DNA from: Desulfobacterales bacterium
GTDB taxonomy: Bacteria; Desulfobacterota; Desulfobacteria; Desulfobacterales; JAHEIW01
Length of the DNA stretch: 42,185 nucleotides
Direction of reading: 5' to 3'
Assembly (NCBI GenBank): GCA_050122435.1
Contig: JASFIX010000001.1
Span: forward strand, 1-42,185
Within the stretch, counting starts at the first letter, position 1. Each line of letters begins with the position of its first letter. Shown here piece by piece: positions 1 through 8,606 of the stretch. A model generated the notes under the pieces. That model saw only the letters and a list, made by a program, of their open reading frames with translations. It was not told the origin of the DNA and did no database searches. A program made the position numbers and the translations under genes.

Positions 1-2
1 AA

Positions 3-641
3 CTTAGCCACAGCATCGAAGATAGCATGATCACCTATAGCGGTCTGCCGGGGCCTGTAATTAGCGACCATCTGAGCCGGGAAGAAGCTGTGTCCCATTA
101 TTCGGAAGGCACGACCTTTCAGATCGGAAAAATCGAGATGGTCGCCAATACCGGCACCTATATTGATGCTCCCTTTCATCGCTACTCGGATGGAATTGAT
201 TTATCCGGGCTTAAAATGACGTCGATCGCTAATCTTGACGGCATCGTGATTCGGGCCGCTCAAGGAATGCGTTCAATTGGTAAGAATGTTTTCGAAAACC
301 AGAATGTTGAGGGCAAAGCCGTCCTCATCCATACCGGATGGGACCGACATTGGAGAACGGATGCATATTTTGCAAACCACCCCTTCCTTACGCGGGATGC
401 AGCTGAATATCTAAAATCCTCCGGTGCTGCCCTGGTGGGAATCGACTCGCTTAATATCGATGACACCGACGATGGGACCCGACCGGCGCATTCCATTTTA
501 CTGAAGGCCAATATTCCGATTGTCGAACATATGTGTCACCTGGACAAATTGCCGGATCAAGGGTTTAGATTCTTTGCAGTACCCGCCCCGGTAAAAGGGA
601 TGGGGTCGTTCCCGGTGCGAGCGTTTGCAATTATTGATTAA
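3..641 (+). CDS. putative cyclase / kynurenine-formamidase-like family protein, 5' end cut by the window edge
   Basis: The frame stays open back to base 3 (LSHSIEDS precedes the first ATG at 27). Family-like segments NTGTYIDAPFH and LIHTGWDRHW are present. Stop TAA at 639-641. Confidence 0.7.
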   Translation, partial: LSHSIEDSMITYSGLPGPVISDHLSREEAVSHYSEGTTFQIGKIEMVANTGTYIDAPFHRYSDGIDLSGLKMTSIANLDGIVIRAAQGMRSIGKNVFENQNVEGKAVLIHTGWDRHWRTDAYFANHPFLTRDAAEYLKSSGAALVGIDSLNIDDTDDGTRPAHSILLKANIPIVEHMCHLDKLPDQGFRFFAVPAPVKGMGSFPVRAFAIID

Positions 642-666
642 TTAGGCCTCACGCAAAGCCGCAGCG

Positions 667-820
667 AAGGTTCAAAGGTTCAACGTTCAGAGGTTCAGAG
701 GTTGAGCAAAACCAAAAAGCATGAAAAGAGTAAGAAAGATAAAGGTCCGGCAGCCAACTTGTAGCTCGTCGTATCGTTTCAAGGCAATAACCCTGAACCC
801 AGAACCCAGAACCTGAATGT
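667..820 (+). repeat. Tandem-repeat palindrome element, GGTTCA/TGAACC family, copy 1
   Basis: Five 8-nt units run from 668-707 (aggttcaa aggttcaa cgttcaga ggttcaga ggttgagc). An about 85 nt spacer follows, then TGAACCC/AGAACCC units at 794-816. Positions 667-704 match the reverse complement of 35991-36028 at 35/38. Confidence 0.8.
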
Positions 821-881
821 TGGCACCTGAAAACTACTGAAAATTAATTCCCGACGTTATAATAATTTTTTTGCTTAAAAC

Positions 882-1502
882 ATGAACCCATCATCCGTAT
901 TTGAAGAAACCTACACGAACTATCTGGCCCGGATTGATGGGCTGGATTTTAAAAATATCGCCGATCGACTCGGGGCAGAAATGGTCGGTGAAGAATTGAT
1001 CGTCCCTTTTTTCGGGAATCCCCTAAGGGTATCCGCTGCCGGGATTAGCGATTCATCCGGCAGCAGGCCGAATTTTTCAGTATGTGTGATTCTCTTTAAA
1101 TACCTGCTGCTGTATCCTGACCATGATCCGGCTGAAAATGATTGGGTCAGCTTTAAAGATTTCAAGGATTCGGCGCCCTTTGCCGGTGCCTTCTTCAATT
1201 ACACCGAAGTCCCACTGGCAAAATATTTTTCAGGGCACCTGAAAGACCTGGAAGCCGCCTGTCGGCGAATCCATGGCCATCCGCCTGCTGCAACCTTCTC
1301 CTATGACCTGTGCATGCAGTTCAATGCCCTGCCGAAGATTCCGGTTCTGATGCTTTTCAACGATGCCGATGAGGAGTTTCCGGCCCGGTGTTCGGTGCTT
1401 TTTGAAAGACGCGCGGAAAATTATCTGGATATGGAGTGTCTGGCCATGGTCGGCATGCTGCTGTTTGAATATCTAAAGCAGGCAGCCGAGAAGCCGGCTT
1501 AG
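882..1502 (+). CDS. DUF3786-like protein (uncharacterised)
   Basis: 206-aa ORF. The C-terminal segment LFNDADEEFPARCSVLFERRAENYLDMECLAMVG matches my recollection of the DUF3786 family. No clear SD upstream. Confidence 0.6.
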   Translation: MNPSSVFEETYTNYLARIDGLDFKNIADRLGAEMVGEELIVPFFGNPLRVSAAGISDSSGSRPNFSVCVILFKYLLLYPDHDPAENDWVSFKDFKDSAPFAGAFFNYTEVPLAKYFSGHLKDLEAACRRIHGHPPAATFSYDLCMQFNALPKIPVLMLFNDADEEFPARCSVLFERRAENYLDMECLAMVGMLLFEYLKQAAEKPA

Positions 1503-1606
1503 CCGGTACCCCTTTTTTTGGATCTTCTTTATTTTCAGATTGGCATCTAAAATCCAGAGAAAATGCAAATTGGCGTTCGGAAGGAATCACTTTGGTTGAA
1601 GCAGCA

Positions 1607-1634
1607 TTCACTTTAATTTCCAAAATGGTATAAT
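1607..1634 (+). promoter_or_regulatory. Candidate sigma70 promoter with extended -10
   Basis: TTCACT (1607-1612), 16 nt spacer, TGgTATAAT (1626-1634). It is followed by direct repeats aattgtac...aattgtac and an 8-bp palindrome ACAATTGT. It lies about 250 nt upstream of the RND gene. Confidence 0.3.
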
Positions 1635-1893
1635 TGTACTTGACAATTGTACATTTGTATATTTAAAACGTCCAAATATACAGAAACAATTCGCCTAATC
1701 GCTCAGATAAAGTGATTGGTGATGAAAAACGCATTAATTGTGATTTATTAAAAATTATCAGATGGTTTCATAGCACATGATTTTGAGAGCAAAAAACGGG
1801 GCTTCATCATATATTTCACGATTGCGATACATTTTGTAATATTCTGACTATCTGACAACTCTTAAAAGAAAGTAGGTATAATGAGTAACATCG

Positions 1894-4359
1894 ATGTATG
1901 ATTATAAGCGCAAGATAGAAAAAGGATTTTATTATTTGGGCATCGGGGTCATTCGTTACCGTTGGGCTATTTTGCTGATGACGGTTGTGGTGAGCGGATT
2001 GGCGGCCACTCAGCTCCCCAAACTCAGTATCGCCACTTCTGTAGAAAGCATGTTCACGCGGCATGATAAAGTACTTGCCGATTATCAGCGATTTCGCAGA
2101 CAATTCGGACGTGATGAAGAAATTGTGCTGCTGATCTCCTCCTCCGATATTTTCAGCCGTGAATTCCTCACCACACTCAAGCAATTTCATGAGGATCTGG
2201 AGAATTCACTACCGCTGTTGAAAGAGGTCAGTTCGCTGGCCAATGCACCCTATATCGAGCCCGTTGATAGCGGGGTGCGTGTCGGGGGCTTTCTCGATAA
2301 CCTGCCGCGGACAGAAGAAGAAGCGCAGCAGTACAGACATCGCGGGAATTCCTATCCAGGATTCCAGAATCTGTATTTTACCCCGGATGGCAAACATGCC
2401 ATCGTTGTTATCAAAACGCAGGCGATCTCGGCGTTGACGGCCGATGGCCTGCGATTGCGGGGTTATGCCCGGGGTGTACGCGGGGCATCAGAGCCTCCTC
2501 CCCCTGCGGCACAACAGTCGATATCACAGGTAGAGAATATTGCCGTCATCGGCATCGTTGAGACCGTCATCAAGCAATACCAGACGCCGGACTTCAGCAT
2601 TGCCTTCAGTGGAACGCCGGTCTACCAGTATCATGTCGAGCCGATGGTCCGCTCTAACATGAAGAAGATGTGTCTCGCGATCATCCTTGTTCCGGTTCTG
2701 TTCATGCCAATTGTGTTTGGTCGGGGCACGGGTGCTTTCTTGCCCCAGGTGACGGCCATTTTGGGCCTGATGGTTGCTTTAGGATTGATGGTCTTGTTGT
2801 CGGTTCGCCTCAGCCTGACCTCGTCTATGTTGCCTTCCATCCTGCTGTCCATCGGCCTGACCGCGCCTATTCATTTCCTGGTGGTCTATTATAAGTACCA
2901 AAATCGGGTTGGGAAGTTCCGTGGTATTGTCGCCACCATGAAGCACTCCGGTTTTCCGATCACCATGACCAGCTTTACAACTGCAGCGGGATTACTGTCA
3001 TTTTCATTCTCGGAAATCGTACCGATCGCACATTTAGTGAATTTCACAATTATTGGAATTCTCGCCATTCTGGTGTTTACGCTCATCACCATGCCGGCAC
3101 TTCTCTCCATAATGCAGGTTGTTGCCGGTGTGAAAAAGGGTGAAGCAAACTATGAGACTTCCATCTACAACCGAGCCCTGATGGCGCTGGGTCGTCTTGG
3201 GGTTACCCGGCCTTACCTCGTTTTGATTCTGTTCCTTGCGGGTACCCTTTTCGTGGGTTTTAGCATCCCCCGGCTTCATTTTTCCCACAACCAGCTACAC
3301 TATTTCACTGAAGATTCCGATTTCATGCGGCAGGTCCGGTTGATTGAAGCACAGACCGGCGGATTTCGGGCGCTGGAAGTAATGATTGATTCGCAGCGGG
3401 AACGGGGAATCATCGACCCCGACCTGCTTCAGGCTATCGAGCAGTTGGATTCCTACCTGAGATCTGAGACGGATATTCAGGGGCGCGCTTATATTGGTAG
3501 AACCCGATCTTTCGTCGATCTCATCAAGGAAATCTCCTGTGCAACAACAGGACGGGATCAGCTTCCATGCCCGAATCCTGAAGACGAACCGACCCTGGCC
3601 GAGCAATTCGATCACATCGGTCGCATTGTCCCTGAGACCTTACAAAAATACACGGATGCGGATTTGCGCATCGGTCGTTTGACCGCCATGATGTACTGGA
3701 GAGATGCTGCCCATGATGTTGATTTCATTGCACGGGTGCGGAAAAAGGCCGCAACGTTGTTCGACTCCGGTATCGACCTGGCGGTAACCGGCGTTGCGGC
3801 CATCAATTCCGGCATCATTGATGCGATGATGAGCAGCCTGGCCATCGGTTACAGTACGGGATTTCTGCTGATTACGGCCTTAATGATCCTGGCCGTTGGC
3901 GATGTGCGTCTGGGACTATTGGCCATGGTTCCCAATCTGTTGCCGATTGCCATTGCGCTGGGCGTTATGGGGTATCTGGACATCCCCCTGAATACATACA
4001 ACCTGATTGGCGGCAGTATCCTCATCGGATTGGCTGTGGATGATACCATCCATTTTTTCCATAACTTCCGAAAGTACTACTCGAGGTCCGGCGATATCCA
4101 CTTTGCTGTCAGCGAGACATTAAAATCCGCAGGCCGGGCCTTAATGGCAACAACGCTGATTCTGGTTGCCAGTTTCTGGATGCGACTATTCAGTGACCTG
4201 AAAGTGGTCGCTGATTTCGGTTTGGTGCTGGGGATTGCTTTACTGGTGGCCTTTCTGGCCGATGTATTGCTCGCGCCGGCCCTGTTGCGAATATTTTATG
4301 GGGCTGGGCCGATGGATTCTTTGAAACACTTTGATGTCCCGAGGGCGCAGAATATATGA
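1894..4359 (+). CDS. RND-superfamily / MMPL-type exporter (two 6-TM bundles with two large extracytoplasmic loops)
   Basis: 821-aa ORF with a duplicated hydrophobic architecture and the typical motif GLAVDDTIHFF near the C-terminal bundle. Confidence 0.85.
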   Translation: MYDYKRKIEKGFYYLGIGVIRYRWAILLMTVVVSGLAATQLPKLSIATSVESMFTRHDKVLADYQRFRRQFGRDEEIVLLISSSDIFSREFLTTLKQFHEDLENSLPLLKEVSSLANAPYIEPVDSGVRVGGFLDNLPRTEEEAQQYRHRGNSYPGFQNLYFTPDGKHAIVVIKTQAISALTADGLRLRGYARGVRGASEPPPPAAQQSISQVENIAVIGIVETVIKQYQTPDFSIAFSGTPVYQYHVEPMVRSNMKKMCLAIILVPVLFMPIVFGRGTGAFLPQVTAILGLMVALGLMVLLSVRLSLTSSMLPSILLSIGLTAPIHFLVVYYKYQNRVGKFRGIVATMKHSGFPITMTSFTTAAGLLSFSFSEIVPIAHLVNFTIIGILAILVFTLITMPALLSIMQVVAGVKKGEANYETSIYNRALMALGRLGVTRPYLVLILFLAGTLFVGFSIPRLHFSHNQLHYFTEDSDFMRQVRLIEAQTGGFRALEVMIDSQRERGIIDPDLLQAIEQLDSYLRSETDIQGRAYIGRTRSFVDLIKEISCATTGRDQLPCPNPEDEPTLAEQFDHIGRIVPETLQKYTDADLRIGRLTAMMYWRDAAHDVDFIARVRKKAATLFDSGIDLAVTGVAAINSGIIDAMMSSLAIGYSTGFLLITALMILAVGDVRLGLLAMVPNLLPIAIALGVMGYLDIPLNTYNLIGGSILIGLAVDDTIHFFHNFRKYYSRSGDIHFAVSETLKSAGRALMATTLILVASFWMRLFSDLKVVADFGLVLGIALLVAFLADVLLAPALLRIFYGAGPMDSLKHFDVPRAQNI

Positions 4360-6260
4360 ATTTTATGAAAAAGCTCCTCAAGTATACTGGACTTTACCTG
4401 GTCTGTCTGGCAGCGATAACCGCAATCGTTTACTTATGCTATGCGCTTTATCCTCAAAAGACATTGCATCTCGACAGGAAACAATGGCGTCCGGCGGAAC
4501 CGGAAACGCAGCACATCGATCCGACCCGCTTGACCAGAGCGCTCGATTACGTTAACGCACGGCTACCCACCGCGCGAAGCCTGTTGATGCTCCGCAACGG
4601 CAGGACAGTGGTCGAAAAGTACTACTGGCTCGGTGGTCCCAGGGCGACGGATTACCTGCATTCCCTGAATCTTCCGCTCCTCCAGGTGCTGATCGGTATT
4701 GCCATCGATCAGCAATTGATCCGGGGCCCTGAGCAACCCCTGTCTGCTTTTTTTCAAAAACATGCGCGGCAAACGCTATCCGAAGATGCAGCGCCGCTGA
4801 CGCTAAGCCACCTGATCAGGGCACAGGCGCCTCTGCTCTGGGGTGCCGGGAACTCGGACTATTGGGATTTGTTTTACGCCGCAGACCGAATCGAGGCCAG
4901 CCTGCGAGTTATTTCCCGGCAACGGACAGAGATCCAACCGGCGATAAACTTTGCCGCAGCGTATTTGTTGAGCCAGGTGATTGAACAGGTTTCCGGCCAG
5001 AGCGTATTCAATTTTGCCGACCGTTACCTGTTCCAACCCCTGGGAATTACCACTTACGCGGCTGACGATGACGATCTGCCATGCGATCCAATGGTCGGAT
5101 TTCAGCTCAAAGCTCTGGATCTTGCCAAGATCGGTTACCTTCTGGCCCGGGAAGGGGCCTGGGAGAATCGGCGGATCGTTTCCCGGGAGTGGGTTCGCTG
5201 GCTGTTTTTCAAGGTCCCTTACGCTGCTTTTGATGACACTCCGGGGGGCAGCTGGATTAAGACAACGATCAGGGGACATGAGAGTATCGCAGTGCGAGGT
5301 GAAGGGGGGCAATACCTTGTCCTGGTTCCGGCACTGGATGTGGTGCTGGTAACCACATCGACGAGCCATTTTGCGCTGCCACAGGATAACGGGCATGATC
5401 GTCTGCTGCAGCTGATTATCGAAGCTGTTTTGGAAACGTCTGATCCCAAGGGAATGGCGGCCGGCCCGGAGCTGAAATCAGAAACAGCGCCAAAGCAAAA
5501 TACCGACATACTTGCACCGAATTATGTTTTCTCAACCCCCGTGCCAGAAGACATATTGGATTTCTTCAATCAATTTGCACTGGATATCGCCAGCCGTAAC
5601 CCCAGACGTATCGCTGCAAATTATGCCCGCGCATACGATTACGAGCTGAATTTCTTTGGTCGAGATATCTATGACACCCCGTATCCTATAATGTTTCGCC
5701 CTGGCGCACCTCATCTGGAATATGTTCACATTACCAAGATTCGTATTGAAAATAACAGGGCCTACCTGAGAGGCACGATAAAATATGATTACGTGAATAT
5801 ATTCGCAGGCCTGGATGGTGTGTGGCCACTGGAGAATTTAATTAAATTGAAAGGTCGCTGGAGATGGCTCGGGTTACCGAAAAAGACCGCGCTGCTGGAT
5901 CGCGATGAGTATTTTGATGCGGAGTTGAGTGAGGAGCAGCAGCGGTTCGTGGATGACTGTTCCGGTCCCCTGGTTGGGAAGTCTACGTTATTCGGAAAGG
6001 ATTGTTTTGCCGAGAGTTTCCAATTGGCCGGAGGCGGCAGAAAACTGTTTGCCGAACGCCTCCAGCCCTTTCTGAAAGGGCGATCCGGGATAAAACTGCA
6101 TGTAACTGGAGTGCAGCCAAATGGTGCAGCTTTCCGGGTGCAAGGTTATATCGAGGGCAGTGCACTGGGAGAGCTCCGTTTGCCTGATGACCTGCATGTC
6201 GTTAAAGAGAATGGTACCTGGAAATGGCAGGGTATTGTCGATTCAAAGCAGACAGAATGA
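4356..6260 (+). CDS. Beta-lactamase-fold (serine hydrolase-like) protein with N-terminal signal/anchor and about 260-aa extra C-terminal region
   Basis: 634-aa ORF. ATGA start/stop overlap with the RND gene at 4356-4359. The N-terminal half resembles class C/PBP4-type hydrolases. See the finding about the missing SxxK lysine. Confidence 0.7.
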   Translation: MNFMKKLLKYTGLYLVCLAAITAIVYLCYALYPQKTLHLDRKQWRPAEPETQHIDPTRLTRALDYVNARLPTARSLLMLRNGRTVVEKYYWLGGPRATDYLHSLNLPLLQVLIGIAIDQQLIRGPEQPLSAFFQKHARQTLSEDAAPLTLSHLIRAQAPLLWGAGNSDYWDLFYAADRIEASLRVISRQRTEIQPAINFAAAYLLSQVIEQVSGQSVFNFADRYLFQPLGITTYAADDDDLPCDPMVGFQLKALDLAKIGYLLAREGAWENRRIVSREWVRWLFFKVPYAAFDDTPGGSWIKTTIRGHESIAVRGEGGQYLVLVPALDVVLVTTSTSHFALPQDNGHDRLLQLIIEAVLETSDPKGMAAGPELKSETAPKQNTDILAPNYVFSTPVPEDILDFFNQFALDIASRNPRRIAANYARAYDYELNFFGRDIYDTPYPIMFRPGAPHLEYVHITKIRIENNRAYLRGTIKYDYVNIFAGLDGVWPLENLIKLKGRWRWLGLPKKTALLDRDEYFDAELSEEQQRFVDDCSGPLVGKSTLFGKDCFAESFQLAGGGRKLFAERLQPFLKGRSGIKLHVTGVQPNGAAFRVQGYIEGSALGELRLPDDLHVVKENGTWKWQGIVDSKQTE

Positions 6261-6318
6261 AAGGTATTCAAAAATTCAGTTTTTCCAAACTAAACCGAAC
6301 CGTTTCCAATTATTTTAT

Positions 6319-6371
6319 AGTGGTTGTCAAAAAAACGTTCCGATATTCGAACGTTTTTTTCTACAACCACT
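6319..6371. terminator. Bidirectional intrinsic terminator between convergent genes
   Basis: A 12-bp stem pairs aaaaaaacgttc (6329-6340) with gaacgttttttt (6349-6360). An outer 9-bp stem pairs agtggttgt with acaaccact. The A7/T7 tracts give a U-run in either direction. Confidence 0.7.
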
Positions 6372-6427
6372 TATGCCGCATTTCCTTAATTCGGAACAAA
6401 ATTATGAAAAGCGGTATAAAACAAAAA

Positions 6428-6474
6428 AAGCCAATGATAATATAGAAATAATAGATATCATGGCTTTTTATTTT
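6428..6474. terminator. Second possible bidirectional terminator hairpin
   Basis: The stem agcca(a)tgata / tatcatggct is flanked by A7 upstream and TTTTTATTTT downstream. It has a large AT loop and one bulge. Confidence 0.45.
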
Positions 6475-6502
6475 GCTTAAAATTATCTGGGCAGTGTATC
6501 GG

Positions 6503-8002
6503 CTATTCCCAGTCCAACAGGCGCTGCTGGCCTTCCAGTTTGCGGATTTGGGTCAGGTCCTGGCTGACCTCCAGACATCCGCGATAGTATCCGTCGCTAT
6601 CGCGTAACGCAAAATAGCGAATGAAGATGAATTTGCCCCCCAGCTCGATCCAAAATTCAGCCGTATCCCGTGAACCGGACTTGAAGGCGTCCAGGATCTG
6701 ATTGACCAGATGGACGCTTTTGGGCGGATGGCAGTTGCGGACCTCCCGGCCGATGATCGCGGGACTGCGTGGGAAAATCCGCTCGGGCCCTTCGGAGTAA
6801 TAAGCGACGCGGTCGTTTTCATCCACGAATGTTAAGTCCACCGGCAGGTGGGTAAGCATCAGGTTGATCTGCTCCAGGGTCATGCGCCCCGTATCCAGTC
6901 CCAGTGCCCCGGCCACCTCTTCCAGAACCTCCGCCGGTTCGGGGGGCACATCCTCGGGCGCCTTTTCCATGATGATATCTTCGGGCCAGCCCTTATCCGG
7001 GGCGACCCAGGCAAAACCGATATCGGCCTCACCTTCCTTGACCTTGATCCATTCCTGATCAGAAAGCATATCCAGACTGGCCGGGTATAGGATGTGCTCT
7101 TCTTTGTAAATCATATCCCGGATGGCCTGAATGGCTTCTTTCAATGCCGTCAAAGTGCCCTCCGCATCCGATTGGCCAATGAAATCACGGGCCTGCTTGA
7201 GGCTGGCGCGGATATCGTCGTGGATCGACCACATCACCTGGGAAGGTCCGGTAAAATGGTGGGCTTCCAGCATGGGGAAAAGCTGATTTTCCTTACGGGT
7301 ATAATGCGTATCGATTTCAGATAGGCGTTCGACTATAGCGCGCAGCGCCCCGCGGTTCTCCTTGAAAGCCTCGGGACGGGGGGGGTGTCCGATACGCCCC
7401 ATGAGCATGCTGGTCTCACTCATGATCTTTTCGGAGACCCGGTTCTCCTTCATAAAGGTGTGGATAGGGTGCCCCTTTGGCGGCTCCGGCCGGTCCTGCT
7501 CCTCGAGAGCCGCTTTAAATATTTCAACGTGGACATCGCACAGCCGTTTGATTTCTTCTGCGGGCAGGCCCTCATCCATAAGGGCTTGCTCCATATTGGC
7601 GATCTCTGATGCCTCCACCCCATCGATCAACTGACCGAATCTTTGTTTGAGAACCGTCATGTCCTCGCCGGCGTGCAGGGCCTTGATAATTTCTTTAAGC
7701 GCCGCCTGTTTTTCCTCGGGATCGCTGATAGCGCCTCCAGTTCCATCAGGAGTCGATTCGTCCGGTGTTGCGGCTGTGCCTGCTTGATGGCTTATCTCCG
7801 CTGTCAGAGATGCTATAAAATCGTCCAGGTCCAGACCGCCGATACCAGCGACCTTGCTGACGGTAGCCACCTTGCCGATGGTTTTGCGCATAATCGGATT
7901 TCTGAGTCCTTTAAATTTGGGTGACAACTTAACCAAAAAATCTTCCAAAAAAGGGTATTCTTTCAACAGATCATCGATTTTAGTGTTGGCGTTAATTTCC
8001 AT
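6503..8002 (-). CDS. DUF1858 / hemerythrin (HHE) / DUF438 / PAS multidomain protein
   Basis: 499-aa ORF. The N-terminus INANTKIDDLLKEYPFLEDFL is typical of DUF1858. The central part is helical, His/Glu-rich and hemerythrin-like. The C-terminal part is PAS-like (FVDENDRVAYYSEGPERIFPRSPAIIGREVRNCHPPKS). Confidence 0.8.
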   Translation of the reverse strand: MEINANTKIDDLLKEYPFLEDFLVKLSPKFKGLRNPIMRKTIGKVATVSKVAGIGGLDLDDFIASLTAEISHQAGTAATPDESTPDGTGGAISDPEEKQAALKEIIKALHAGEDMTVLKQRFGQLIDGVEASEIANMEQALMDEGLPAEEIKRLCDVHVEIFKAALEEQDRPEPPKGHPIHTFMKENRVSEKIMSETSMLMGRIGHPPRPEAFKENRGALRAIVERLSEIDTHYTRKENQLFPMLEAHHFTGPSQVMWSIHDDIRASLKQARDFIGQSDAEGTLTALKEAIQAIRDMIYKEEHILYPASLDMLSDQEWIKVKEGEADIGFAWVAPDKGWPEDIIMEKAPEDVPPEPAEVLEEVAGALGLDTGRMTLEQINLMLTHLPVDLTFVDENDRVAYYSEGPERIFPRSPAIIGREVRNCHPPKSVHLVNQILDAFKSGSRDTAEFWIELGGKFIFIRYFALRDSDGYYRGCLEVSQDLTQIRKLEGQQRLLDWE

Positions 8003-8239
8003 GACAGAATCTCCTTGTTTGGGTGATTAAAAATCTAAAGATAGCAGAAAACATAAAGAAAATTCAATTATTAATCAAATTTGAGCTAGCTTTAAAAATG
8101 ATAAAAAGAGATTATTTTTTAAGATGAGAGATGACTTTTGATGACCTGGGCTCCTTAACAACGCTGTAATGCGTGCGCCATTTCAAGCGACTAAAACCCA
8201 AATTATGTTCATTTACCTGAAAACACCCAGGAGGATAAG

Positions 8240-8593
8240 ATGGCCATCGATGTCATGATTAAAAGGAGAGTCGAACAGGGTCGCCAGGCCAAAGAACTGG
8301 TTCCGCTGATCTTACATCTCAGAGTCCTTGCCACCTATCAACCGGGCTACATCTCCGGCACTACTTTAAGTAATCTGGAACATCCGGACGAATGTTTGGT
8401 GGTCAGTAGATGGGAATCACTTGATGATTGGAACGCATGGCGAAAGAGCAAACAAAGAACGGCCATTGAAAATAAGATCGAGGCGCTGACAGGGGAAAAA
8501 ACCGAAGTCAATATTTATGCCCCCATGTTGGCTGATACAGACCAGGGGCAGGGGTTCAAGAAAAAGCTCGGGCAGCTAAACAATAACTGGTAA
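8240..8593 (+). CDS. Antibiotic-biosynthesis-monooxygenase (ABM) fold protein
   Basis: 117-aa ORF with a strong SD (AGGAGG about 7 nt upstream). The segment ECLVVSRWESLDDWNAWRKS is typical of ABM/ferredoxin-like dimeric alpha-beta barrel proteins. Confidence 0.65.
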   Translation: MAIDVMIKRRVEQGRQAKELVPLILHLRVLATYQPGYISGTTLSNLEHPDECLVVSRWESLDDWNAWRKSKQRTAIENKIEALTGEKTEVNIYAPMLADTDQGQGFKKKLGQLNNNW

Positions 8594-8606
8594 AATTTTA
8601 ATCTGA

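Noticed and set aside
721-816. 31-aa ORF (MKRVRKIKVRQPTCSSSYRFKAITLNPEPRT) inside repeat element copy 1.
   Set aside because: The equivalent region of copy 2 has no matching ORF (ATG AAA ATT TGA). The tail is just a translation of the repeat arm, and there is no SD.
821-836. Sigma54-like TGGCAC strings at 821 (plus strand) and, on the minus strand, near 20178, 30395 and 36050.
   Set aside because: Each lacks the TTGC (-12 GC) element at the required spacing.
1635-1653. TTGACaattGTACA near the candidate promoter, read as a third FNR-type box.
   Set aside because: The right half-site has two mismatches to GTCAA. The sequence is more simply a direct repeat of aattgtac overlapping a -35-like TTGACA.
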